A DNA stretch of 63,763 bases, filler included, from Rhabdomonas costata (GCA_019059605.1; 39 parts of 39 records of this genome joined end to end with filler, not necessarily neighbours in it); one strand, 5' to 3'; numbered from the whole stretch's first letter, positions 22,508 through 35,830 are shown. Numbers and translations are program-made. Notes: generated by a model from the sequence alone, not told the origin.

Positions 22508-24638
22508 CTGACCCACGCGCGCATTGTTACCAACCCCAATCCCCTTCCGACATTGCCACAGGGTATGACATGCACAAGCGCACTTAGAGCGTCGCAGTTC
22601 GCAGGACTGCGCGTGTAGTATGTTGGAGAACCCACCACACCACAAATTGCACTCCCATCTCCACTGCTAAGGTTTTTCTTTCAGTCGTTGGCAACCCGTA
22701 CATGACTAGAGATGACTGCCTTTATGTGTTCACAAGAATCCCATCTTCAACTGGAAAGGAACAATTTAATTCACTATCCGGAACAATGCGTCAGTCGATA
22801 GAAAAAATAGAGGGGGAAAGGAAAGAACNNNNNNNNNNNNNNNNNNNNNNNNNNNNNNNNNNNNNNNNNNNNTTAATTAATTAANNNNNNNNNNNNNNNN
22901 NNNNNNNNNNNNNNNNNNNNNNNNNNNNGGTTTTTGGGGAATAGTAGGCTTCATGCTGGCTCTCAACCCGTAGAGCTTCCTGTTCGCACCGTATTGGGAG
23001 CCAGCATGAAGCCTACTATTCTCCAAAGAAACACAGATGGGGCCTTTGTAGGTTCGCGCAAGGCTTGGGTGGAAAGCACTGTGCACGCCTCCTGCCTCAA
23101 TTCCACCCGACGTTGCCAATTTTGATCCTCGCAGGCACCAGGGTGCGATGCAATATTTTTTCCGGATTCCCCGTTGGTTTCTGGGCTGCAGGGCTCGTTC
23201 AGCGTGTTGGTTTGACGGTCTTTTCTGAGTTTAGATCAAAAAGTGCGGTCTTGAGGTCTTAATGTTGTTTCCAAAGTGCTGGACGATTTCTTTATGCTGA
23301 CTGCAGAGTTGGCCTACTTTGCTGTGTTTCGGATTACTTTCTGCAAGTTGCGTCTGCCGTGACCACTGCGTAACATTCCCACGAAAACCGTGACCGATTT
23401 GTTTTAAGCGACAATATGTTACGAATACAAGTGTGGTACCAATCTGACTTGATCTTGGTTTTGGAGCCTCTGCCGTGCTTCGATGCCACTTTTGAGCCGT
23501 TGCTGATGAAATTGAAATGACAGGGGAGCCTTTCATAGCTCTGATGCCATAGAGTTACCACCCCCCCCCTTTTTTTTTTTGCGAAAAAGCAATGAATACG
23601 CGTCGTGCTCCCCTGCAAACTATGAGTTGCCTTGATTGAAGTCACAGGAAGACAAAAAGCACATCAGCCCGCATGTAAGGAGGGGTTGTTTTGGTCTGGA
23701 CCGCAGTGGAATTTTCAGACAAGGTAACGTACACCCAAGGTGTTGTCCAACATGTGTTATGATTATACGATGTAACATGTTCTAGGTTTGGTTATAGAAC
23801 GGTCCTGAACTTTTTTGAAGGTTTTTGAAGTTTAGAGTGGAGCTGCGTGCAAAGCTTCCCCTCCCTTCTCTCAGCCTTCCCAGCAGCTTCCGGAACCCTC
23901 AGGCCGCGGCGCCGTTCCAGGGCAAGGGTGCAGGAGGCGTCCACTCCTGTGCACTCCCACCAGCAGTACATGCTTAGCTTGACCACGGTCCTCATCGGTA
24001 TGTGCATGTGGACGTGGGGGGTTGCATGTGGCTCATCGCGCGGCGCAAGCTTACCGTTTATTGCCAGAACGCACTATGCGCGAGTCCCGCGCGAGTGTTT
24101 TTTTTGAAATGTGCTCTAAAAGAGGATTTTCCTTACACGCGATATTTCTTGGTTAAAGTCTGGTGCGAAAATTCTTCCAAAAAATTCTGTTGAACAGCGT
24201 GTTGGTTTAATGTATGCACGCAACAGACCTGCTCACAACCCCCTCCTGTCGTCTCCTAACCCCCTGAAAATGCCGCTCCGAAAAGGCGACATCATGACAT
24301 GCTTGTCTCGTGTGATGCGGACATCACGGCTGAGTTTTCAAGTTCAGTTCGTAGACTTCAGTACGACTTTTTGGACGCAGTTTAAATTTGCCGTGGAGGT
24401 TCCGTGGCCGGCATTTGCAGAATTATCGCATCAGCCTTAACTCTCACTTTTAGCAAAACCACCNNNNNNNNNNNNNNNNNNNNNNNNNNNNNNNNNNNNN
24501 NNNNNNNTTAATTAATTAANNNNNNNNNNNNNNNNNNNNNNNNNNNNNNNNNNNNNNNNNNNNCCTATTCCTGTCGGCATTCACTACGTCAATCCAAGAA
24601 GCAACCTGTCCACAGCCGCGACGGATGTTGTTGCGCAG

Positions 24639-25886
24639 GTGAAGATCTGTGATTTGGGTCTGGCCCGGTGCGAGGTCGTGGGTGACCCCACCCGGTGCGT
24701 CGTCACGGAGGGCTACCGCGCTCCGGAGGTAATTGTGGAGGCGGAGTACTCCTCCAAGATCGACGTCTGGGCGGCGGGGTGCGTGCTGGCGCAGCTTCTC
24801 AACCGCCGCCCTCGCGAGGGCGGGTTTTGGTACCTTCCACTGTTCCCCGGCCCCTCCGACATGTTCGAGATGTTTGCCGAGATTCTCAGATTCATCGGTT
24901 TGGGCAGACAAAACAGCCCCCCACCCCACACACACACACACCACGAGAGAAGGCCCTAGGATCCCAAAGGAGGAGTGGGCAGTGCGGGTAGTGGTTGGAA
25001 AGGAGCAGCTGCGCGGCAAATGCTTGGGACCCGTGGGGCTGAAGGGAGGTTACCATATGTGGAACGTTCGTTGGGGTGAGCCGGTACCCCACGGCACCGT
25101 TCGCTCCAACGGTACCTTAGCAAGCACCCGTGTCTGTGGCCAACAGTGTGTGGCCCGTGAGTCCACAGTAAGCATCAACAGTCAATCAGGCAAGGGCCTG
25201 TGCTATGCGCCCAACACAAACACGCACACACACACACCGCGTCTTTGTCTTTTTCGGCGCCTTGCCTTGTGGAAAAAGCGCATTATTTTATATGTTCATT
25301 TTCTTTTCATATTTTCTTCGTGGTTCATGTGAACAATGAACTGCTACCCTCTCAGTCATCTACCAAACGCCTGGCAACAGATCCTGAGCCAGTATTTTTG
25401 GATGGCCGGCCTCAACCACTTTTTGGTGCGTTCGACCTAGGCGAGCGACCAGAGGTCGACTAGAGGATCTTTTCTTGGTTGGCAAACCCAGTGGTCAGAG
25501 TGCTTCCTTAACTTTTTTTGTGCTGCTGGGGGTACCAAGGCACACCCACCCCAGAAGAGCTGCAGGACTGCCCGGCGCAGTTGCAGGACGCTGTGACGCA
25601 CTTTCCGAACTTTCCCCATCCGAACATGCGCACGCGTCTGGTTTGCCCCGACGGCAACCCAGTGCCTCCTGAGGCGGCAGAGCTTGTGCTGGCTATGCTG
25701 AGGTTTGACCCCACGAGGAGGGTCACGGTCGACGAAGCCATGGCTCACCCCTTCCTGGACGAAGTCCACGACGAAGAGTGTCTGGTACAGGGTTTTGTTT
25801 CGCAAGCAAGACGTTCCATTCTTTTTGTCGATCAAGAATACCTCAGGCGAGTTGCCAACCACGTCAAAAAAAACAAGCACCCGTGA
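24639..25886 (+). CDS. CMGC/MAPK-like protein kinase, C-terminal half (exons 24639-24897, 25540-25886)
   Basis: [85 protein letters not shown]. This covers kinase subdomains VII-XI with MAPK-type features. Confidence 0.93.
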
Positions 25887-26223
25887 GAGTTTCCCACCTC
25901 TTGGGGGTGTTGAGAATTATCGTTAACGGAGTATTGGTTCGTTCGTTCGAATATGCCCCAAAGCAAGGTATTTTAACTCTGAAAAGAAGAATAGTGAGAT
26001 GGATGGAAAAGAAAAGTGAGCGATGACGAAGAAGCCGAAGAAATAGGCATTGGTCTCGACCTCAACTTGAACCTGAGGCAAAGTGTTAGAACCACAACCA
26101 CNNNNNNNNNNNNNNNNNNNNNNNNNNNNNNNNNNNNNNNNNNNNTTAATTAATTAANNNNNNNNNNNNNNNNNNNNNNNNNNNNNNNNNNNNNNNNNNN
26201 NGTGTTGTGTTGCCCGGTTGACT

Positions 26224-26263
26224 GTGAGTGAGTGAGTGAGTGAGTGAGTGAGTGAGTGAGTGA

Positions 26264-26301
<38 letters not shown>
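26224..26301. repeat. Compound microsatellite (GTGA)n(GT)n
   Basis: Directly visible simple repeat. Confidence 0.95.
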
Positions 26302-26304
<3 letters not shown>

Positions 26305-26842
26305 CACTATCCCCCACGGCCCTTTAAAACGCGCCTCCAAAAGCCCCAAAGACTTCATGGTTCCAACCTGGGACACATTACCATATACAGGCGCCCCAAA
26401 ACATTGGTCAGGAGTTGGGACAGTGAATTCGGAGGGACAAGAGTGAAGAAAACAAACGAACAGAACACCGAGCAACTCAATACAGTGGACTTCTTGAGTT
26501 CTTTGTTTAGATGGGTGACGCACCTCAGTCTGTCATGCAAAACCCCCCTGGCGGGTGCCAGTCCGAGTCGGACGAGGGTTAGGGTTAGGGAGCAAGTGGA
26601 GAAAGAAAAAAGAGGCGGTTCCATCTACAAAGCCCTTGAGTTGCACCCTGGCAACTAGCACCGGAATGAAGCCCACAACAAAGGCGGGAAAAGAGAGAGT
26701 ATAGGGGACATAAGACAATTGACTGACGACGTCCCCCCCAACACTTGTTTTCACTTGCACGCGTGCGTTTCAGTGGAAACTCGAGAGTAACCACCACTAT
26801 AAAGAGAGAGAGAGAAATAGCGAGCGGGGGACGAGAGCACAC

Positions 26843-27040
26843 CCCACAGTGGCGGCCGACCAGATCGCGAAGCCCACGAACACGGCGACCCCGCTGCCCC
26901 CGTCCACGACCAGCGGCCGCAGCCACGCGAAGTTCCAGAACACGTCGCTAAGCTCAGCGTGCGCCAGGCTCAGCGCCCAGAGCCGGAGGTAGCTCGCCGT
27001 GTTGCTCGCAGCCCAGCACAAACTCGATGGTGTGGATAAC
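26843..27040 (-). CDS. V-type H+-ATPase V0 subunit a exon (apparent 2-nt frameshift at ~27007)
   Basis: [11 protein letters not shown]/[frameshift]/[39 protein letters not shown] is the signature of subunit a around the essential Arg. Confidence 0.9.
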
Positions 27041-27564
27041 CTGAGGGTGTGCACATCAAGCCTTCAAATGCAGAGGAAAAATTCAGTGCAGGCACACCGG
27101 CGTGCAGGTGGGTGGACGATATGCCAGCCTAGAGTTCTTTCTCTTACAAAACCCAAGCCTAAGGTAAAGCAAGCAAAAAAAAAACGGAACTTAAGTCAAG
27201 GAAGTTGTCCCTAAGTCAAAGAAGTAAACTTCCCTCCATCCCGCTCCTCTCTCCTGCCACTCCACTTGACTTGACTGGTAAGATGGTGGTGACATGTCCG
27301 AACTATTGCCGATGTGTGGCTTGAACCACCTCACCCAAAACTTCCCTGGACTTTTCTTCACTGTAACTTACACTTTCTGCTTTTGCTGTATTTGTTGCCT
27401 GTTCCTTTCGTAAGAACTGTGAACACCGCATGTGGAATCAGCAACCTTTGTGGTGACGGTCCTTCCAAGGCTGTGTAAAGGCAAAAGGGCTCAGGGACAC
27501 CCAAAAATGCCCCTTAATGGCCTCCATGGTGGCCTGAAACACCAGCGTTGTGGCCCACTCTGGT

Positions 27565-27663
27565 ACCAGCATGACGTATTCCTGGGCTCTACCCTTAGGT
27601 AATGCTAAGTAGGCCCGGCCGAAAGCTCAGGCTCAGTATACAGGCCGGCCAAGGTCCAAAAAA
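27565..27663 (+). repeat. Interspersed repeat, copy A (homologous to 28176-28263 in the next contig)
   Basis: Shared colinear blocks ACCAG(G)CATGA.GTA.TCC..GCTCTACCC..G.TATGCTA..AAG.TCAGGC.CAGTA..GCCAAGGTCCAAAAAA. Confidence 0.65.
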
Positions 27664-28175
27664 TGCACCCCAGGCCCATAAAAAGGCCGCAATTGGATCT
27701 TGATGGGGCCATATCTCGGCGTAGAGAAGGAGTCCGAGACCAACAACCNNNNNNNNNNNNNNNNNNNNNNNNNNNNNNNNNNNNNNNNNNNNTTAATTAA
27801 TTAANNNNNNNNNNNNNNNNNNNNNNNNNNNNNNNNNNNNNNNNNNNNGTGTTGTGTGTGTTTGGTGTGGGTGGGTAGTGAGCGTGTGGCGGCAGTACGT
27901 GAGGGTGTTGACCCCGGGCAGTCCACAACGCGCAGGTAGCTGTACTCCTGGGCCCCCTCAGCGTTGGACTCCAACAGGTGCAGCAGCGGAAGGGAGCCTT
28001 CGCATACACACACACGTCAACCACAGACACGAACCTTCACACTGGGGCGAGTGTATCAACAAAGCTGAATTTTTCTTTGTTGCCAGGCCAGCAAGACCCA
28101 AAAGGCCGCAAAGTGGGCCCCCAAGGTCCGTCAAAGACCTCGGGGACGAGAGTTTCGGCTCACTTCGGAGCCAGG

Positions 28176-28263
28176 ACCAGGCATGAAGTACTCCAAGCTC
28201 TACCCAAGGGTATGCTATGCAAGTTCAGGCGCAGTACGCCGCCCTGCCAAGGTCCAAAAAAAA
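28176..28263 (+). repeat. Interspersed repeat, copy B
   Basis: Same colinear blocks as 27565-27663, on a separate contig. Confidence 0.65.
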
Positions 28264-29486
28264 GGGGTCCTTCCAAGCCCTGAGTGCGGAGTGATGTGAA
28301 GTTCCGCCCAAACTTGACCGATGCAAGACACGGCATCCAATCATTCACCGAAGCAGGGGATGATGTCAGAAAGCTTGGTTACTGCTGTGAACCGCTTCCC
28401 TGCGCAAGAGCGGTTCGGTGTGTAGTGCACGTACACTTTTGCGTACCTTTAGGTGGGTCCTGAGCGCCAGGGTGCTCTCCTCGGGCTCGAGTTTGGGTGC
28501 CTGCGCACAGCACAGCGTTGCTTTCCTTCTTTCCTTCCTTCCTTTTTTTCTTTCTTCCTTTCTTCATCTGTCCGTTCATTCAAACAACGAGTTGCTACCC
28601 CCCCCCCCTAGATGGATGAATTAAATTAGAGGAAGCTTGACTTCACTTTCTCACGCGTCCAATTCATCGGGTGCTGAAGGCTGGACTCGCAACGAGTCTG
28701 GTTTCACAATCATGCAAAGTGCTACACAGCATCCACCACGTCAACCATGGGATCCCATTTGAACCCAGAAGACATCAGCACATCCACGAAATCCTCTTAT
28801 GATCGAACATGCACCAAAAAGGCTGACCCTTCAGCAGAACAACCGAATTTAGCTCTCCCTGTTGGGATGGAGGAAAGCAGCTGCGTAGTAGAGAAAATGT
28901 ATGTGCGAAGTGCAAAGTAGTAGTTGCCCTGGGAGCGTTCCGTGGAGGTTTCACGGTCCACCACTGCCCGGGTCTGCGTGGCCTCGTCGGTCGCGTAGGG
29001 GGAGGCCTGCACAGCGGTCGCCTTCAGGGTCCGCCCAGAGGGCTCGACTTTCAGGTAGGCCGACGGGGGCAGCACACTGTCCAGCGCTGAAACAGCCCAA
29101 AGGGTACCAACAAAGGTGAAATCAGGGGAATGATTCTTCAAAGGAATTCTGATAGAATAAAAAACGACATCTCGCATGAAGTGGGTAGGCAGTCATTAGT
29201 GGGATTCTACTCTGGCCTCAACCCTGAAAATAATGGCTCCCACAAACCACAGCAAACTTTGCTTTGCATCTGCCAGGGGCCGTGCGGGCGGTTGTCATAA
29301 CGGCACAGAAGCAAGAGAGAGATAGACATAGAGAAAGTATGGGCATGTCTCACGGTCGGTGGCCTTGCACTAAATGGAAACCCCACNNNNNNNNNNNNNN
29401 NNNNNNNNNNNNNNNNNNNNNNNNNNNNNNTTAATTAATTAANNNNNNNNNNNNNNNNNNNNNNNNNNNNNNNNNNNNNNNNNNNN

Positions 29487-29940
29487 CTTAAAATGCGCAC
29501 TGGGTATGGGTTACCTCCGCAACTGTTACGTCACGCGAAAGTTTGCCTTGCTCCTTGCGTCCTCTGCTACGCATCTGGGATGCAAGCTTCTGGATGCCGA
29601 TGTTATCTCCATCACACAATTCCCAACATAGCTTGAACGAAACATCCTCTTCCATGAAAGAGACTTCCTCTTTCCATCACTCGATCCTCTCCCGGTGCTC
29701 TCTCTTTCGGGGCCTCGGACATAACCTTTTCCTCCTGAAACTGTTCCAAACAGTTTGCAGACAGAACCCAAGCAAGTTTTTTTTAAAGAAGCTTTGCTCT
29801 GTTGACCTCCATGTTCATCGAAAGACATTTACCAAAAGGAGGGAATTGAGAAACTTAAAACGCGCACTGGGAATGGGTTACCGCAACTGCTAGGCAACGC
29901 AAAAGTTTGACTTCATCCTACGCTACGCGGCTGGGATGGG
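29487..29940. repeat. Diverged direct repeat (~85 nt, ~367 nt apart)
   Basis: CTTAAAA(T/C)GCGCACTGGG(T/A)ATGGGTTACC..GCAACTG..AAAGTTTG occurs at 29487 and 29854. Confidence 0.75.
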
Positions 29941-31515
29941 ACGCTTTTGCCACAGCTTATAGCGGCAAACTTCTAGAATGCCCAAGTTAGGGGAAAAGGT
30001 GCATACTGCTGCAACCATTGCGCGACAACTTGTGCTGAAAGACACACCTCCGCATCCAGGGCAGATTCCGTAGTCCTTCAGCCTGGGCATATCCAACGAA
30101 TCCAGCAGCTTGCTGAAATTCGAGGTAAGTCCCTGCAGTCCCCCCAACGCACACACTTTGATGAAGAGAAAGCTGCCAGCCCATCTGCAGAAGACAGACA
30201 AAAATGAAGAGTATGCACACTGGAAGTAGACGCTTTCCAGCAGTGACTGACTCTCATCCGAAACCAAACGTGTCCGCTTGAAACCATTGGTGAAAACTCT
30301 CAAAATTGTCAAAAAAAAAGGGGGTGAAAACACTTCATTCAAAGTGACGTGTTCGGACAGCAAGACCTGTTCGGAGTTAAAAACGAAGGCAAAAAAAAAT
30401 ATAAAACAACAGCGACGCAGAAAAAAATGCACAGAAATTGTCTATTCCGTTGGTTGTTCAAATTCACTTTCTCACGCAGTTTATTCTCTGGAATTCGAGC
30501 TTTCGTAATGCAAAGCACGTGGTACATGTCGTATAAGTCAGATTGTAGGTAGCTTGAGAGTACTCATGGGTTATGGATGGGGTGCCACTGGGAACAGAGA
30601 CCAATGCCAATCAGCCAATGCCAATGACAAGAACCCCAGTCAGAGACCAATGTTAGGACGCTTGCCTTTTGCGAATCGTTCAGTAGCCTTCTCCTTCTGA
30701 ATCAGTGGCCTTGCGTCGTCCAACTCCACGCTGTTGACAAGCTCAACCTACTACAGAAGCACATGTGCAAACCTGGTGTCATCGATAAGGGAAATGAGCA
30801 ACAGACACATTCCAACTGCTCACTGCGGCTGTGGCAGAGAGCAGGAGTCCACTCCGGTGGTAGCGTGAGGAGACGGACCAAGAATTTTCGGAACTTCCCA
30901 CGGAATTCACACCAGGCAACGTGGCCTGTCAAAAAGAATGGACTTTCGGGTTCTCACCAATCCCAGCCGATTACGAGGGGCGCACCTGGTAGTTCTGAGG
31001 AACCAGGTTCAGCTGGGTGGAGGGNNNNNNNNNNNNNNNNNNNNNNNNNNNNNNNNNNNNNNNNNNNNTTAATTAATTAANNNNNNNNNNNNNNNNNNNN
31101 NNNNNNNNNNNNNNNNNNNNNNNNTTTTGGGTTTAGCAAGCAAATGGTCGATAACAACTTACAGAGAGTAAGGCAAGGATCCGATTGGGGAAAACAAGAA
31201 TCCCATTGCACAAGCGGGTAAGAGGACGGAGACGCGTTTCTTTCTCTCATTCTCAAAGGATCTCAGATATGCGCTGTGTTCCTTTCCGCTGCCCAGGTCT
31301 TTGTTCTGATTATTGCGTGCGGAAACAGGGACCATTCTGCGCGCCACAAGAGTTTCCTCCTTTTCACAACAACCACGGCTTCTTGCTTGATGTTCCTTGT
31401 TGTCTGTGTTTATTTGCTCCTGAATGGACACTGGCACCCGTTTGTGCGGGCATGCCCTGTGATCGGTTACAAAGACGATAAAAAAACTATTTGGAAAATT
31501 TAAAGTCATACATAC

Positions 31516-32578
31516 CTGCGACCCAGGCCCACAATCTCCAACTTCTTGTCCGAAAAGGAGGGCACTTCGTTCCGCTGCGTGCACCCCATGCACACACAAA
31601 ACTGCAGTTGGCAGACTGGGGGTGCTGCAGGTGTTTGAACCATTCTTTTTAGTTAAACCGGCAAGACCTAAAAACCATAATAAAAAAAAGGAAGGCCCTG
31701 GAATAAACCCTTCAAGATGGCAGAACTAGGCGCCAAGGCCGGAAAACTGCAAACGAATTGAACTCAGTAGAACGCCTTCCTAACAAGGGTCCACCCGCCA
31801 TTATGATGTGTTATGATACCCACTGATCCCACTCCGGCTCCGGCTCCGGTATCAAGGAGCCCATTTGGGAAGCAGGGTGAAAATGGAGCCGCAGTAAATA
31901 CCCCCGTCTTCACGTTGCAGAATAGAACACCTGCCCAGAAGGGCTTCTCCACACTTGGCTGTCCCAAAGGCCTAACCCTGAGGATGCAGCGCACAAGCCC
32001 GGAGGCTGAGAATCGTCGAGCTGTTGGCGCACTGCGAGATGGTGTGAACTTGTGCCAGGTTTGAAGGGAGCCATTATCACATACAGTCTGACAGAATTTG
32101 TCCCAAGCTCATTAGAAGCAATCCTTTGCACAAGAGATTGACAATAAAAACCCACTGGAGTACCCGGGAACGAGGTGAGCCCCAGATGTTCGCCCCTCCC
32201 ATGTAGCTGTTGATGTTCAGCACCACAACGGTGCGCACCCAAGGGGGAAGACGCACGGGGGTATTGTCCACCTGGGTGAAAGAGAGTGCAAGTGAGGGTG
32301 AAAGGGACTTTGAGCTCAGCAGCTAATAATGACCTCATGAGTTATTGGCTGCCGAGGTAAACGGGGTGATGGGTGAAAGGGGCTGCAGTAAAGGTGGGTA
32401 TTGAAGAAGAGGAAGACACACAGGGCGCCTTGGCGCGGTGTGCTGTGGCGTGTCCTTGTGCTGCTGCACACACACGCCGCGACGCAGAATCAGAAAAAGA
32501 ACGTGGCACTCACGCACCATAAGTTCCACGTTGTCCTTGAGAGGAACGGACAAAGTGCGCAGCGCACTGGCAATGTAC
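31516..32578 (-). CDS. Diacylglycerol kinase, accessory domain (exons 32578-32518, 32271-32164, 31601-31516)
   Basis: ..PLKDNVELM|VDNTPVRLPPWVRTVVVLNINSYMGGANIWGSPRSR|FCVC..PSFSDKKLEIVGL. Contains the DAGKa motifs LNIxSYxGG..W and SxxDxxLExVG. Confidence 0.9.
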
Positions 32579-33432
32579 CTGCAGAAAAAGGAGAGGCGAC
32601 GAACCTTTTTGCGTGGTTCACCACCCACAGCAAGAGAAAGGCGAAGTCACACCAACACCACNNNNNNNNNNNNNNNNNNNNNNNNNNNNNNNNNNNNNNN
32701 NNNNNTTAATTAATTAANNNNNNNNNNNNNNNNNNNNNNNNNNNNNNNNNNNNNNNNNNNNCCTGATCAAAATAACGTGCCGATATGTGCAAAGATGGAG
32801 TCAGGGGGGGGGATTCACTCCCTCTATGAATCCAGGTCATTCACCTTCGTTTGTTTTCGCAGGGATTCTATTTTGGGGGGGTTGTGCGGCCTTTCCATTG
32901 GAAGCGTGCGTGTGTGCCGCCACCTCTTCCCCAACACCACGTACAAGAAATGCAAACTGATAGAGGCGGAAGCGAAAGCAGCTCCACCAGCACTGCTGTG
33001 CGCTCCCCACGTGTCCCTCGCGCCACCGCACGTTCAGCGGAAAAAGCAATGCGGCTCATTGAGAGGTGCCGCCACTTCCCTCCTCTCCGCTCCTTTTGGA
33101 GGAGGTTTTGCTTGTCCTTGCCTGCGCGGTGCCCACCATTATCGCTGGCTTTCCTTCACTCTCCCGCGCCTCGATCCGATGCGTCTCGTTTCACAACACA
33201 TAACACTTGCACTCGAAAATATAAGGCGCTATTCGGTGCCAATGCCCCAGTTTCTCACTTTTTTCACTTTTTTTTTTGCACTTTTGTTTCGTTCCGTGAT
33301 TCGATTTTTTTCCTCTCTCATGTGAAGCGAGTTGAGAGAATGCCCACACACATAAGCACGCACATGCAATTTCCTTCGGGCAGCAAAGGGCGAGCCCCCC
33401 CTCGGCGCCATAAAGCCTTTCTGCCTGTTCAG

Positions 33433-34056
33433 GTATGCCGCGCTTTGCGGGGCCGCGGGTGTGGAGATGGTGCTGGAGTTCCTCTCCGCGCTTGCCGACC
33501 CCACGGTGGTGTCCTGCACACTGAGCCGGCGCCGGGTTCCGCTGGTGCGCGTCTGCTTCTGGTTGGGGCTGAAATCTGTGGTTTGCGGGGAATCGCTTGA
33601 AATGGCGATTTTTTTCTGATAGGGAAATCGCTGAAAACAACCGTAGGCGATATCTGAGCATGTATGTATGGAACCTCCACACTCTGCTTGTTATTTCTGC
33701 TTGATTGCGGTCGCTCTTTCGGGGGACCCAGATTTTTTTGGAGACTCATGCAACCCATCCATCCAACGTCTTTCCGAGACGAACACTTCATTACTCCTTC
33801 GATTTCTTCGGTTTAAGTAGCAATACATGCCAAGTGTGGACTTGCCATGTATGGGGAATTCCTTCCTTCTTCTCCGAAGTGGGTGTGATCTTTCAAATGT
33901 TCTCATTGGGTTGGAGGGATCAAGGGAGGTCGTGGTTCCCCTCGTTACCTAATCTCTTCTCAGCGGGAGCAGGACCTTCAGTGCATCTGCGAGATTCTCA
34001 CGGAGGAGGACAATGTGGAGTGCCTCATACTGGAGGGCAACCCGCTGGGACCCCGC
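33433..34056 (+). CDS. Leucine-rich-repeat (RI-like) protein fragment (exons 33433-33544, 33964-34056)
   Basis: YAALCGAAGVEMVLEFLSAL..|REQDLQCICEILTEEDNVECLILEGNPLGPR| contains an LxLxxNxLG repeat; the junctions are in phase. Confidence 0.6.
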
Positions 34057-34990
34057 GTGGGGCTCCACCTTGCCCACACCCTGCAAGGCGCAATCTCCCT
34101 TCACCCTCCTTGCTCTATTCTTTCTCTCTCCCCCTCTCTCACTCATCAATTCAAAGGAAGGTGAAGGGGGGGGGTGGCAGGTGGCTTCTTAACTGGGACA
34201 TGGAGTATATATCACCGCTGAAGTGGTGTCCATTATTTCCTGAATCTTGCTGGGCTTTTTTGACATTCCGCGAGGTGAGCCCGATACTCACCAAAACANN
34301 NNNNNNNNNNNNNNNNNNNNNNNNNNNNNNNNNNNNNNNNNNTTAATTAATTAANNNNNNNNNNNNNNNNNNNNNNNNNNNNNNNNNNNNNNNNNNNNCC
34401 CCACCTAGGAGAAAATCAAAAAGGGCATGTTCACTCGCCGATCATTGCGGGGATAGTTTACCGACGATAGTCGATTGTCACTGTCCTGTTAAACGGAAAG
34501 TTAAGGAAAAAGTTCCTCTGAATGGAAGGTTGATGACATTTTCCCCTTTTAGATGCTCATTACCAATTAAGGGGGGAGGTTTTTGTGGGAGGGGAAGATA
34601 TCGGAAAATATTGTCTTCGTACTGAATCGGGGTCGCTTGTGACAGGTTGCTGGATGAATGCAACCTTCAAAGGTCAATTTTTCTCTTTACTTCAATGCAC
34701 ACAATGGGATCTACGATTTTCACGAAATCTGCACATATTAGTGATCGAAGTAACCGAAGCGAAGCGAACGGAAATCGAGTGAAATCGCGTTTTGTTGGTG
34801 CCTCTGGATGTCACGGTAAGGGGTAATGGAGCGTGATAATCTATTGACTGATGTTTCGCAGATGCTCCGTCCCTCCACAGCACACCTTTCTTTACCCTAT
34901 ATATTTTGTACCCTATATTTTGTGTGTTCCGGAATTTCTCAGTCATTTTTCCGTCTATGTTGCTCTTCGGTGTCGAGGCAAACAACGCAC

Positions 34991-35830
34991 TCCGAGGCTT
35001 CGTTCAGGGCGTTCAGCAGGGTATGCACAGTCTGTGGCTTGAACTCTGCCAGGTCGTTGCTGCTGGTGGCGCCCCGAAGGCCCCCGGCTCCGCTGTTCTC
35101 GCGGATCTCGCACAGCGAGGCAACTGCAAGTATATAAAGACATAGAACCGTACCGCAAAGGGCAGAAAAAGAAAAGTAAGAAAGATGAGAGATGAGAAAA
35201 ACGGAAGAAGAGCGGAGCGTGATGACTTGGATCCTGCCGCCACACCACAGCTCCAACCGACTTAGTGACGCCCCCGACATACAAATCTCCACATTGCTAT
35301 TTCTTTTTTATTTGCATCATCTTGTCATACAGCACCCAACAATGAAGCATCATACCCGCGTTGGAAACGACCGTAGGGTTGGAGTCGCAAAGTAGCTCCT
35401 GGAGCATGTCAAGGAAGCCCCCCTCCTCTGCCTTCAACTTGTTGATCGTGAACATCTTAGCCACAGCAATGGCCGCTGTTTTGCGGACATACGGGTCAGA
35501 GTCCTGTAAAACACAGTCAAGTTAAAACCACTCAGTTGAAGGTGAGTTGGCTTTTTGTAAAGGTTTGCTGCCCAGAACGACCGTCGCATGGAGAAAATAA
35601 AGGGGAGGTTGTCCAAGCAAATTGCTCTCCAACAGTACCCGCAGAGCCTTCCTGAGAGGGTCGGCAAGGTAATCCGCCATTTTCTCGACATTGATTGCAG
35701 ACATTGTACGTATGGCCAACCCTCGAATCAAAGGGGACTCATTTTGGCTATCCCTGACGAAAGCGCCCGCCAGCAGAACGGCCTTCTCTGGCTGGGACTT
35801 GGCGTTGTTCATGATGTACAGGTACACGAG
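34991..35830 (-). CDS. AP-1/AP-2 complex beta subunit (beta-adaptin), N-terminal trunk (exons 35830-35639, 35503-35356, 35123-34991)
   Basis: [89 protein letters not shown]. Confidence 0.95.

Noticed and set aside
22941-23020. 27-bp hairpin resembling a pre-miRNA
   Set aside because: Same contig-terminal position as the other fold-backs, so it cannot be distinguished from an artefact.
27890-27985. LRVVDCPGS as a kinesin switch-II-like motif
   Set aside because: A single short, divergent motif with no supporting kinesin exons recognised.
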